Shown: one piece after another, positions 35,720 to 45,361 of the stretch
Layout of the letters: each line of letters opens with the position of its first letter
How positions within the stretch are numbered: position 1 is the first letter of the stretch
Source: Candidatus Micrarchaeota archaeon
GTDB taxonomy: Archaea; B1Sed10-29; JAJRYS01
Assembly: GCA_964643685.1 (NCBI GenBank)
Contig: CAZXTN010000001.1
Span: forward strand, 1 to 64,000
Length of the DNA stretch: 64,000 bases
Reading direction: 5' to 3'
Made by a program: the position numbers and the translations under genes
Notes under the pieces: generated by a model
Told to the model about the DNA's origin: nothing
What the model saw: the letters and a program-made list of their open reading frames with translations, nothing else
The model's database searches: none

Positions 35720-36757
35720 GTGCTTAAAATGTATGAGAGGATAATAATTTCAACTGGAGTGACAGCTTTAACAGTACTATTACTAACACCTAAACTAATC
35801 AATAAGTTCAAATTAATTGGTTTGATTGGAATAGACCAAGCTAAGAAAGGAAAGCCAATAGTAGCTGAGTCAGGCGGAACAGCAGTCGCAGCAGGGTTCT
35901 TCGCAGGCATAATGACTTACCTTGCAATAACAACATTCGCCATGCCAACACAAATAAACATAACAATTCTCCTCGCAGCGCTTGTAACAGTGCAAACAAT
36001 AGCTTTAATCGGATTCTTCGACGACATAATAACCAAAAAAACACTCACAAAAGACATACACGGAGACAAAAACTACAGAATAGGCTTAAGGCAAAAAACA
36101 AAAGCACTCCTCGTCCTCCCAGCAGCTATTCCATTAATGGTAATCAATGCAGGACACTCTACAATGGCAATTCCATTCATAGGCATCATCAACTTCGGCA
36201 TAATCTACCCATTAATACTAATACCCATTGGAGTACTTTGCGTAGCAAACGCAGTAAACATGCTCGCTGGACTCAACGGCTTAGAAACAGGAATGACAAC
36301 AATAGCATTGACATCAATGGGCATCTACGCTTACTTGAACAACGCAATAGAAGCAAGCATAATAGCATTCATAGGAGCAACAGCCTTCCTATCCTTCCTA
36401 TACTACAACAAATACCCAGCAAAAGTATTCCCAGGGGACACAGGAACATACCTCGCAGGAGCACTAATAGCAACAGTGACAATAACAGGAAACATGGAAA
36501 AATTCGCAATCATAATATTCACACCATGGATAATAGAAGCATTCATAAAACTCAAAACAAAATTCAAAGGAACAAGCTTCGGAAAACTAACAAAACAAGG
36601 ACACCTCAAACCAAAAAACAACAAAACAGAATCACTAACACACGTGATAATGAACAGCGGAGATTACACAGAAAAACAAGTCGTCTGGATATTCTGGCTA
36701 ATAGAAGCAGCAATAGCAACAACAGCACTCATACTATGGAATACAGGGATAATTTAA
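35720..36757 (+). CDS. UDP-GlcNAc:polyprenyl-phosphate GlcNAc-1-P transferase (MraY/AglH/Alg7 family)
   Basis: ESGG; GFFDD; NAVNMLAGLNGLE; YNKYPAKVFPGDTG; GNMEK. Confidence 0.9.
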   Translation: MLKMYERIIISTGVTALTVLLLTPKLINKFKLIGLIGIDQAKKGKPIVAESGGTAVAAGFFAGIMTYLAITTFAMPTQINITILLAALVTVQTIALIGFFDDIITKKTLTKDIHGDKNYRIGLRQKTKALLVLPAAIPLMVINAGHSTMAIPFIGIINFGIIYPLILIPIGVLCVANAVNMLAGLNGLETGMTTIALTSMGIYAYLNNAIEASIIAFIGATAFLSFLYYNKYPAKVFPGDTGTYLAGALIATVTITGNMEKFAIIIFTPWIIEAFIKLKTKFKGTSFGKLTKQGHLKPKNNKTESLTHVIMNSGDYTEKQVVWIFWLIEAAIATTALILWNTGII

Positions 36758-36771
36758 AAGGATGTTAATAA

Positions 36772-37938
36772 ATGAAACTTCTTTATTTAGTACCTAAATT
36801 TGATATTTGTTATAATGAAAAAGGTTCAGCTGCAAAGCCCCATGGGGGAACTTCACATGCAAGAGGATTCATATTCAATATAGCTAACTACTTTGAAGAA
36901 GTTCACGTTATTTGCAAAAAAGAAGGGAAAGGAAGAAACAAAATAAAAAAAGGTAATGTTACAATACACAGAATTAACTTTTCAAACATAAAAGGAAACA
37001 AGACAAACCCCATATCTGCAATTATTAAAACATTTAAATATGCAAGACAGTTAGATAAAAAAAATAATTTTGAAGTAATTTATGAAAGAGAGGAGTTCAC
37101 TTCAGGAGCAGGTTCTCTTTTGAAATTGCTTAATTTTAAAAAAAAGCTAATTCTTGAAGTCAACAGCCCGCATGTCTCAGAAGCAGTTTGGAGAGGAGAC
37201 TTGCCAAAAATTGCTTCTTTTCTGTTCAGAGCAATAGAAGAATTGCAATTTTTAATAGCAGATAGGATAATAACAACAATACCTTCTCTTGTCCCAAAAT
37301 GGGCAGTTAAAAAAACATTCCTCACAGAATGGAGCGGTGGGGAAAACATAAAACTAGTAAAAATGAAAAAGAGCAAAGGAAAAAAACTTGTCTTGTTCAT
37401 AGGTTCTATGAGTTACTGGCACGGGGCTTACTTCTTTGCAAAAGCGGCTAAAAGAATACTGAAAAAAAGAAAAGATGTAAAATTTGTATTAATAGGAAAA
37501 GGAAGAGAATTTGAAAAAATAAAAAAAGAAATCAGAGGATTTGAAAAAAACATCATATTAACAGGAGGGGTAGATGATTCAAAAATTTCAGAATACTTGC
37601 AATTAGCAGACATATGCGTTGCTCCATTTGAATCAAAAAAATATCCTCCTTTGAAAAAATACGGCTTCTACTGGTCTCCAATAAAACTATGGGATTATAT
37701 GAAAGCTGGAAAACCAATAATCTCATCAAAAATAGCAAAGAGAATAGTTGATGAAAAGATAGGGCTTACTTTCAAAGAGGGGGATTTGAAGGATTTTGAA
37801 AACAAAATAATTTATCTAATTGAAAACGAAGAATTAAGAAAAAGGATGAGCAAAGAAGCTCAAAAAAAATGGAAAGAAAACAATTGGAAAGAACACACAA
37901 AGAAAATTTACAAAAAAGTAATTAAAAAATTGGTTTAA
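36772..37938 (+). CDS. GT4 family glycosyltransferase
   Basis: FIGS...WHG; ADICVAP...SPIKL.DYM.AGKPII. Confidence 0.88.
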   Translation: MKLLYLVPKFDICYNEKGSAAKPHGGTSHARGFIFNIANYFEEVHVICKKEGKGRNKIKKGNVTIHRINFSNIKGNKTNPISAIIKTFKYARQLDKKNNFEVIYEREEFTSGAGSLLKLLNFKKKLILEVNSPHVSEAVWRGDLPKIASFLFRAIEELQFLIADRIITTIPSLVPKWAVKKTFLTEWSGGENIKLVKMKKSKGKKLVLFIGSMSYWHGAYFFAKAAKRILKKRKDVKFVLIGKGREFEKIKKEIRGFEKNIILTGGVDDSKISEYLQLADICVAPFESKKYPPLKKYGFYWSPIKLWDYMKAGKPIISSKIAKRIVDEKIGLTFKEGDLKDFENKIIYLIENEELRKRMSKEAQKKWKENNWKEHTKKIYKKVIKKLV

Positions 37939-38747
37939 GAGGTTGGATGTAAGTCGTGAAGTGAAACTCCTTTATACTTCTCATTCTTTTTTATTGTTGT
38001 TTCAAGCAGTTCCATTTCGACACCAAGCTCTTTTGCCTTAAACAAAAGTGCTTTTGAATCTTTTGGCAAGCATGTTCCACCATAGCCTCTTGGACCACCA
38101 CGAGCATGCCAAGGAGTAACCCTTTTATCTAAATCAAAAAACAAGTTGAATGCACTTGAATCATAATTTATTCCAAGCTTTTCAGCTAAATCCTCTAGCT
38201 CAGAACACCATATTCTCTTAACTGCAAAAGAACTATTCTCCACATACTTTGCAAACTCAGCTTCTTTTGCACTGCACGTGATTATTCTTTGAGTAGGATT
38301 TATGAATTTCCTAATAAATTCAGATGCTTTTAAAGTGCTTTTCTTATCTCCACCAAAAATGAAAAAATCTTGTTGTAAAAAAGACTTCCCTGCTATCGGA
38401 TGATTAGCTGTTTCGCCATAATACTCAGGGCTAAAAACAATATTCTTATTAGGATACTTCTCAGCCAACTTATCAACAGTCCCTATCTTAATAGTCGAAC
38501 CAATAACAATTAAGGGAGTATCAAGCCAACTTATCACTTCTTCAACTATTGAAGTATTACAATCTCCATTTTCTAAATCTGGAGTGGGAACACAAACAAA
38601 AGAAACATCACATTTATTAATTTCATCTTTTGAACCTATCCCTTTAGGTCCATCATAAGAAAAAACAGTTACCTTTGGATTTTTCTCAAAAGACTCTTTA
38701 ATCCAACTTCCCAAATGGCCTATTCCAACAATACCTACCTTCATCAA
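37935..38747 (-). CDS. UDP-glucose/GDP-mannose dehydrogenase family, short form
   Basis: GIVGIGHLG; FVCVPTP; ST...GT; FSPE; AE.AKY..N; GYGGTCLPKD; lacks C-terminal UDP-binding domain. Confidence 0.85.
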   Translation of the reverse strand: MMKVGIVGIGHLGSWIKESFEKNPKVTVFSYDGPKGIGSKDEINKCDVSFVCVPTPDLENGDCNTSIVEEVISWLDTPLIVIGSTIKIGTVDKLAEKYPNKNIVFSPEYYGETANHPIAGKSFLQQDFFIFGGDKKSTLKASEFIRKFINPTQRIITCSAKEAEFAKYVENSSFAVKRIWCSELEDLAEKLGINYDSSAFNLFFDLDKRVTPWHARGGPRGYGGTCLPKDSKALLFKAKELGVEMELLETTIKKNEKYKGVSLHDLHPTS

Positions 38748-38811
38748 AAACCAACCTCCTAAATTATAAATTTAATGATTTTTTAAGCTTTAAAAGGATA
38801 TGCCAACCAAA

Positions 38812-39555
38812 TTATTTAAATACAATTACAGTAAATGAAGGCATGAAAAAGTTAACCAAACCCAGCTTCTTAAAAAAGGAATAAAAAACACCCTTGATTC
38901 CGGTTAAATTATGATATTTAAGAAAATACCTGGAAAAACCAGCTTTTTTACACATCATCATTAAACGAGGGTAACTAAATAAAAATTCAAAATCAGATTC
39001 TTTGGTTCCTTTTCCTCTTCTTATTCTATTTCTAATATGGCTATGTCCAGTCCAAAAAGCAAGAGTATTTGCAGCTGAAAAGTAACCTCCACCTCCCTTT
39101 TTTAAAACTCTGCTCATTTCATTAAGCATTTTTTGGGGATTCTTAACATGTTCAAGCACATCAATACTGACAACTAAATCAAAAGAACCATCTTCAAATG
39201 GAAGATTATCAGCACTTGCCTGTAAAAAAGTTCCTCTTAATTTACCGAATTTAAATCTTTCAATAGAATAATTAACTAGTTGCTTGTCTACTTCAATTCC
39301 AGTTAAAAAAGCACCCTTTCTCACTAATTCAGCAGCAAGCATACCTCTTCCTGAACCAATTTCTAAAATTTTTTTACCTGTTAAATCTCCAAAATACTTT
39401 TCAATCAAATCAGCTGTTTTTTTAACATGCCTTTTGTACCAAGAAACATACTCAGGCTTATTCTCATAAGAATTCAAATAATAACTAAGCCAAGTTTCTT
39501 CTCCTAATTTGCCCTCTTTTTTTAACTTAGATAGATAATATTTATCAAAATCCAT
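38812..39555 (-). CDS. Class I SAM-dependent methyltransferase
   Basis: ILEIGSGRG; LPFEDGSFDLV; VLEHV; RVLKKGG. Confidence 0.9.
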   Translation of the reverse strand: MDFDKYYLSKLKKEGKLGEETWLSYYLNSYENKPEYVSWYKRHVKKTADLIEKYFGDLTGKKILEIGSGRGMLAAELVRKGAFLTGIEVDKQLVNYSIERFKFGKLRGTFLQASADNLPFEDGSFDLVVSIDVLEHVKNPQKMLNEMSRVLKKGGGGYFSAANTLAFWTGHSHIRNRIRRGKGTKESDFEFLFSYPRLMMMCKKAGFSRYFLKYHNLTGIKGVFYSFFKKLGLVNFFMPSFTVIVFK

Positions 39556-39600
39556 AAGATCACAAACTAAGAATAATAAACAGTAGACATTAATAAATCT

Positions 39601-40503
39601 TTAATTATAAAAAATCAGACTTTTCCAAAAGCCAACTGTTTGAAACAAACCTCTTAAAAATTTTAAAACAGCAATTGAAAATGAAGAAGTTAAAAAAACA
39701 AGGAATAAAAGGTAAGCCAACCAAACAAAAAAAGCCAAAAGAAAATAATGGAAAAAGGCAAAAAACAAGCTTAGTAAAGCCAAAAAAGAATTTATAATAA
39801 TTGGTTTTGAAACCCATCCATAATACTTCAATGTATCAACATACCCCTTACCCCACCACACTTGTTGCCTAAACAATTGCTTAAGAGACTCTTTTTCATT
39901 ATGATACCATAAAGCATCATCAGCATAGCCAATTTTAAATCCTCTTTTTTTCATAAGCCTTCCAAGAATAACTTCATCATGCGCTCTTAAACGAGAATCA
40001 AAACCACCTAACTCATCTAAAACTTTTTTTCTAAACAGCCAAGCTGAAATTGGGGTATAATTCTTAAATTTTTTCTCGCGTTCTAAAAAAGCAGTCTTAG
40101 AAAACCATGACTTATCCTTATTAGGGACTATCAAATGCCCAATTGCACCCCCAACCCCCTTTTTATTCAAAAGAGGAAGAAGCTTTTCGAGATAATCACC
40201 TGCATAATAAGCATCAGCATCAGCTATGAAAACAAAATCGCCAGTAGCTTTTGAAAGAGCATAATTGATTGCTTTTGCTTTTCCTTTGCTTGGGTTCTTA
40301 TACAATTGAATTTTTTTTCCGAAAGTTCTTTTCAACACTTCATAAGAATTATCAGTGCTCTTATCATCAACACAAATAACCTCCTTATTTTTTATAGTTT
40401 GATTTAAAAGAGAATCAACACACCTTACAACCAATTTTTCATAATTAAAAACAGGCACAATAATAGATACTTTGCCTATTTTTTTCAAATCTTTTCTTTT
40501 CAT
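39601..40503 (-). CDS. GT2 family glycosyltransferase
   Basis: SIIVPVFN; VDDKSTD; DAD; GGFD; Q..WW.G; C-terminal TMs. Confidence 0.9.
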   Translation of the reverse strand: MKRKDLKKIGKVSIIVPVFNYEKLVVRCVDSLLNQTIKNKEVICVDDKSTDNSYEVLKRTFGKKIQLYKNPSKGKAKAINYALSKATGDFVFIADADAYYAGDYLEKLLPLLNKKGVGGAIGHLIVPNKDKSWFSKTAFLEREKKFKNYTPISAWLFRKKVLDELGGFDSRLRAHDEVILGRLMKKRGFKIGYADDALWYHNEKESLKQLFRQQVWWGKGYVDTLKYYGWVSKPIIINSFLALLSLFFAFFHYFLLAFFVWLAYLLFLVFLTSSFSIAVLKFLRGLFQTVGFWKSLIFYN

Positions 40504-40531
40504 AACAAAAACCTATAATCTTTTCAATTAT

Positions 40532-41272
40532 TTAAAACTCAGAATGGTATTTGAACTTAAACTTTTCGTTTGAAAGAACTTGCTTCAAATTTAAGTAAGT
40601 TTTTTCATCAATGCCGTTTCCTGTTTTTTCATCATAACAGTAGTTTTCAACATACCCGTGAAAAACAACGTACTTCTCAACATTTTTAATTTGCTCATAA
40701 GATGTTTTCTTCACATCTGCGTTTATTTTCAAATTTTTAAGTTTCCTTGTCTCCCCTTTGATTGAAACAACTTTGAATCCATTTGATTTTAAAACATCTT
40801 CTAAGTACTTATTCCAGCCCCAGCCAGGGGGGTGGAATACTTTTTTATAATTCAAGCCGACTTTTTCAAACAAGTCAAGAGAAGAGTTGATTCTCTCCTC
40901 TGTTTGCTTTTCGTTTAAAAAAGTGAATTCATCTGGGAATGGGTGTTTCAAGCCAAGGTGATAAAAACCGTGAACGCCTACTTCAAACAAGTTATTTGAA
41001 ATGCATTCATTCACCCAGTCAATCCAATCCAAATGCTTATCCAGCCTAAAGGGCTCTCCTTTCCATTGATTTGCCTTGTGAAATCCTAAAAATTTGCTAA
41101 GCCCTTTTCTAATTTTAGATTGCGATTTATAAACCCAGTTTGGGGTTAAGTAGAAAGTAGCTTTTAGCTTTGGAAACTCTTCTTTTAATTTGAAGAAATA
41201 AAACAAATCCTCTTCAAAACCAAAAGCCTTCTCAGGATGTAAGTCATCAAAATCTAGAAAAAAAGAACGCAA
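40532..41272 (-). CDS. Polysaccharide deacetylase-like (NodB/DUF2334) protein
   Basis: DFDDLHP; EVGVHGFYH; F.PPGW; FHG. Confidence 0.75.
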   Translation of the reverse strand: MRSFFLDFDDLHPEKAFGFEEDLFYFFKLKEEFPKLKATFYLTPNWVYKSQSKIRKGLSKFLGFHKANQWKGEPFRLDKHLDWIDWVNECISNNLFEVGVHGFYHLGLKHPFPDEFTFLNEKQTEERINSSLDLFEKVGLNYKKVFHPPGWGWNKYLEDVLKSNGFKVVSIKGETRKLKNLKINADVKKTSYEQIKNVEKYVVFHGYVENYCYDEKTGNGIDEKTYLNLKQVLSNEKFKFKYHSEF

Positions 41273-41275
41273 AAT

Positions 41276-42184
41276 TCAATGCCCCCTGTGTTTTTTACTT
41301 TTACCTAGTAAATACTCCCATATCCCAATTGCCATTGCTGGGAAGCTGATTGCTTCAAGCAAGGGAATTAAAATCACTCCTTGCGGGTACTGTTTTATCA
41401 CCCTTAATGAGTAGATAAAGCCTCTTGCCATTGGAATTAATATTAAGGGAAAGAATGGAATTGAAAAAAAAGCAAGCAGCATTTTAAGCAGGTGAATTTT
41501 GTCTTTTGACTTGTTATAATAAAGCATTCCTGTTCTGCCATACCATTTATACCTCTTCCAAACTTCACTTAAAGAAGAAGGACCTAGTACAAAATAAGAC
41601 AGGGATATACTTGATTTTTTGAAGGGATGCTTTTTGAAAATTTTTCTTACTTCCTCTTGAATAAGCTTATCTTCACCATAACCCAAACTTGAATTTTGAA
41701 GTGGAACAAGCTCTTTCTTAAAAATAAACAATCTTGGATTTACAATCCAACGTGAATAATCACGCCAATAATAAACTTTTTGAATTAATGAAGAAAACTT
41801 TGTCAAAGAAAGAGGAATAACTTTAAATTTTATTATTTTCCTTTTTTTCTCCCTTTTAAATTCTTTTATTATTTTTTCTGTAAACTTTTTTTCAAAAATA
41901 GTATCAACATCCGCCAAATGGATAACTTCTCCTATTGCTTTTTTCACTCCAATGTTTCTAGCGTTAGCTGGACTCCTATACTCACCAGTTTCAAAATACA
42001 ATTTTACATTCTTGTGCTTTTTCTGGTATTGCTTGATAAACTCAATTGTGCCATCAGTTGAACCACCATCAACCAAGACAATCTCCGGCTTGACAGTTTG
42101 CTTTTCCAACCTTTTCAAATACTCCTCTATTCTTTTTCTTTCATTGAAAACAGGAGTGATGATAGATAAGTTCATAGGAATCAT
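41276..42184 (-). CDS. GT2 family glycosyltransferase
   Basis: SIITPVFNE; VDGGSTDGT; ARNIG; DVD; GED. Confidence 0.9.
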   Translation of the reverse strand: MIPMNLSIITPVFNERKRIEEYLKRLEKQTVKPEIVLVDGGSTDGTIEFIKQYQKKHKNVKLYFETGEYRSPANARNIGVKKAIGEVIHLADVDTIFEKKFTEKIIKEFKREKKRKIIKFKVIPLSLTKFSSLIQKVYYWRDYSRWIVNPRLFIFKKELVPLQNSSLGYGEDKLIQEEVRKIFKKHPFKKSSISLSYFVLGPSSLSEVWKRYKWYGRTGMLYYNKSKDKIHLLKMLLAFFSIPFFPLILIPMARGFIYSLRVIKQYPQGVILIPLLEAISFPAMAIGIWEYLLGKSKKHRGH

Positions 42185-43657
42185 TTATTTTAATTTTTCA
42201 ATTAATTTCAAATCCTCTTTTGTCAAACCCTTTATTAAAAACAATGCTATGAAATAAAGCAAGGCGCTTGATGCTATTAAAACCAACCCGTTTATTAAAG
42301 AATTTGCTTTTATTACCCTGCTTAAAATGAACAAGGACATGATTATTGAAGCTACTGCTGGTTTCAAAAGCTGCCTTGTTAAATTTTCAAGAACCTTGGT
42401 TGAATTGAACATTAAAAGCATTAACATGTAATTTATTAAAACAAATGAAACTGCTCCTCCTTTTAAGCCAAAGAAAAAAGACAAAAGAAAAGTTAAAACT
42501 ATGCCAGTGATAGTCATCGCTGAATAAATTTTAGTTGTTTTTCTAAGCTTGTTTGAAGAAACAAGAACAGAAAAAAGGATTTTATTAGCAAATAGGGGGA
42601 TTAGTGAAAAAGAGAGTATTGAAAGAGGCAAAGCTGCTCCTGTATAAGTAGAGCCGTAAACAAGCTTGATCATTTTTCCTCCTAGGAGAAACAAGCCGAA
42701 TACAGCTGGCACTATGAAAATAAAACCATATTTTAAAACTTTTTCAACATATACTTTGAACTTCTTGCTGTCAGTCAACTTCAAGTTAACAAAGCTTGAG
42801 AACACCACTCCGTATGAAATTGGAACAACTGTTAAAACAGCTAAAATCCAGCTAAGCGAAATTTTGAAGAAAGCAACTTCAGTTGAAGAAGCAAACAAGC
42901 CAAGCACGAGCAAAACACCCCAGTTCAAAAAAATGTTTGAAAGAGATATTATTGAAAAACCTAAGACATTGGTTAAAACTGGTTTTTTAACCTCCTTTCT
43001 TGTTTTTGCTTTTATTTTTTTCAATTCCTTGAATGCAAAAATTGAGATGAATACAACTGCTATGAAGTAAGCCAATACAACTGAAAAAATTATCCCATTT
43101 ATTCTAAAGCCATTGAAGAAAAACAGTAACGGAAGGATGATTAAAAAGAAGGAGTTTAGGAATGTTGCTGCAAGAGAAACTTGATTTTTTTGAATTGCAG
43201 TGAAAAAAGATACGAAAAAAGTGAATATTGATGAAAAGATAATTAAGAATGAAGCTATTTGAATTCCAAGAACAGGAACGGAATAAGCTGATGAAAGCCA
43301 ATTAGCTGAAAAAAACAAAGCAATCGAAAAAAGAGATGCTATCAATAATTTCAGTTCAAACAGGTAAAAAACAGTGTTTTTCATTTCTGAATATTTTTTC
43401 TCAGCGTAGCTTTTTGAAACAAGACGCACCATCGTGTTGTTAAAACCAGTGCTCACTAACCCAATTAGAAAGTAAGCGAACCCTAAGGTAATTGACAACT
43501 GCCCGAATACAGCTGCGCCTAGGAAGATTGGCAAGGCGATGTTGAAAATCAAATTTGACACAAAGCCAGAAGCTTCTGCCAAGTAGCCAAACAAGTTTTG
43601 TTTCACAAATGAAGATGTAGTGATTTTAGAGGACATGTTAATCATAGTTTCCAGCAA
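42185..43657 (-). CDS. Oligosaccharide flippase (Wzx/MOP family)
   Basis: About 14 TM helices; LG...FG; G...A.LPL.IL; G..GGA; start probably near 43636-43645. Confidence 0.85.
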   Translation of the reverse strand: MLETMINMSSKITTSSFVKQNLFGYLAEASGFVSNLIFNIALPIFLGAAVFGQLSITLGFAYFLIGLVSTGFNNTMVRLVSKSYAEKKYSEMKNTVFYLFELKLLIASLFSIALFFSANWLSSAYSVPVLGIQIASFLIIFSSIFTFFVSFFTAIQKNQVSLAATFLNSFFLIILPLLFFFNGFRINGIIFSVVLAYFIAVVFISIFAFKELKKIKAKTRKEVKKPVLTNVLGFSIISLSNIFLNWGVLLVLGLFASSTEVAFFKISLSWILAVLTVVPISYGVVFSSFVNLKLTDSKKFKVYVEKVLKYGFIFIVPAVFGLFLLGGKMIKLVYGSTYTGAALPLSILSFSLIPLFANKILFSVLVSSNKLRKTTKIYSAMTITGIVLTFLLSFFFGLKGGAVSFVLINYMLMLLMFNSTKVLENLTRQLLKPAVASIIMSLFILSRVIKANSLINGLVLIASSALLYFIALFLIKGLTKEDLKLIEKLK

Positions 43658-44146
43658 TACCCTTTATTTTATTATTATAAGTTATTATTGGTTTTAGTTT
43701 TAAAAAGTAATCACATATTTCCTTTGTTTTTTCATTGTAGGAATTATATTTATAAGAGCTGAAACAGAAGTAATCTGCTTTTTCATGCATAAAAGATAAG
43801 GGATTAGTTGAATTTAATAACTTGTTGGAAATTCTGTTTGGAACAGGAAGCATTCCAATTAATGTGCAATTTGTGTAAAAGCCTATTTCAGGGGCAAATG
43901 AGAAAACTTTTTTGTTATCAACCACTGGAGAAATTGCATTGAAATAACTGATATCTGTTCAAACGAGTGATAAACAAAAGCGTAACCAAATGAAGCAAGA
44001 ACAAGAGAAAGTATGAAAAAGCCTAGAACAGAAAGCCAAAACAGCCTTGAATCAAAAAGCTTTCCAGCAAAAATAAGAGGCACAAAAACAATCAAATTTT
44101 TATACTACTGCTGAGGACGCATTAACTTAACATAATTAAAAAACAT
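43638..44146 (-). pseudogene. Chimeric pseudogene: 5' end of a UbiA-family (decaprenyl-phosphate phosphoribosyltransferase-like) gene joined to an unrelated gene tail
   Basis: ATG 44146 reads MFFNYVKLMRPQQ*YKNLIVFVPLIFAG; conserved RPxQWxKN has W replaced by TAG at 44105-44107; similarity stops before the NDxxD motif; frame changes near 43925. Confidence 0.75.
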
Positions 44147-44241
44147 GAAAAACCAATCCCCCTTTATTCAATTCAATAAAAAGAGATACTTTAATATAAA
44201 GCTTTATTCTCTTAATTATTCATAAAAAATGGGTAAAGAAA

Positions 44242-45357
44242 ATGAAAATTTTAATTGTTTCAAAATATTTCAAGCCATTTAAAGGGGGAATTGAAACAGT
44301 TGTGTATGAAAACGCTCGTTACTTAGTGCAAAAAGGGCATGAAGTTACTGTAATTGCCTCTGAGCATATAAAAGGCTTGAAAAAAGAAGAAATGATTGAA
44401 GGAATTAAAGTTGTAAGAAGCAAAACTTTGTTTAATTTAAGCGCTGCTCCAATCAGTCCAGGAATGTTTCTTAAAATTTTAAAAAGAGAATTTGACATAG
44501 GTCAGCTTCACGCTCCAAACCCCTTCAACAATACTCTTGCAGTAATTGCCTTCCTCTTGAAAAGAAAGCCGTGGGTAGTGACTTACCATTCAGATGTTAT
44601 TGGAAGAAAAGGAGTGTTTGGGCTGCTGTTTAAAATTTATAAAGATTTGATTCAAATTCCAGTTGTCTTGGGAAAAGCAAGGCAAGTAATGCCCACTTCC
44701 CCTCAGTACATTAAAATTTCAGACACTCTGCCTTTGATTGACAAAAACAAAATAACAATAATTCCAAATGGAGTTGACTTGTCAAAATTCAAACTGAAAA
44801 AAAAGAAAAGAAAAGAAAAAGAAGTATTTTATGTAGGCAGGCTGATTTACTACAAGGGGATTGATGTTTTAATAAAAGCAATGAAAAAAGTGATTCATGA
44901 AATTCCAGATGCTCACTTGTCAATAGGGGGCTCAGGAGAATTAAGAAAAGAGCTTGAAGACCTGGTTAAAAAAGAAGGACTTGAAAGAAGCATTTCCTTC
45001 CTTGGAAGAATTTCAAATGAAGAAATGGAAAAAAGATTCAATGAAAGCACAGTATTCGTGCTTCCTTCAGTTCACAGGTCAGAAGCTTTCGGCATAGTCA
45101 TTCTAGAAGCAATGGCTGCAGGCTGCCCAGTAATAACAACAGACATTTCAGGAACAGTATACGCAGCTGGGAACGCTGGAATAGTTGTGAAAAACAAAAG
45201 CGTTGAAGAGCTAGCAGACGCCATTGTAAAAGTTTTGAAAAACAAGAAATTGCAAGAGGAAATGAGCAGGAAAGGACTTCAACATGTCAAGAAATTCCAA
45301 TGGAAGAATATTGCAGAGATGACTGAAAAAATTTACAAAAAAGTCTTGGAAAAATAA
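44242..45357 (+). CDS. GT4 family glycosyltransferase
   Basis: P..GGIE; H.PNP; YHSD; VGRL..YKG; LPS..RSEAFGIV.LEAMA.G. Confidence 0.92.
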   Translation: MKILIVSKYFKPFKGGIETVVYENARYLVQKGHEVTVIASEHIKGLKKEEMIEGIKVVRSKTLFNLSAAPISPGMFLKILKREFDIGQLHAPNPFNNTLAVIAFLLKRKPWVVTYHSDVIGRKGVFGLLFKIYKDLIQIPVVLGKARQVMPTSPQYIKISDTLPLIDKNKITIIPNGVDLSKFKLKKKKRKEKEVFYVGRLIYYKGIDVLIKAMKKVIHEIPDAHLSIGGSGELRKELEDLVKKEGLERSISFLGRISNEEMEKRFNESTVFVLPSVHRSEAFGIVILEAMAAGCPVITTDISGTVYAAGNAGIVVKNKSVEELADAIVKVLKNKKLQEEMSRKGLQHVKKFQWKNIAEMTEKIYKKVLEK

Positions 45358-45361
45358 GAAT

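Noticed and set aside
44105-44107. In-frame TAG as recoding (pyrrolysine or alternative code)
   Set aside because: The gene is also truncated and frameshifted, TAG ends fibrillarin normally at 30297-30299, and no other gene shows internal TAG
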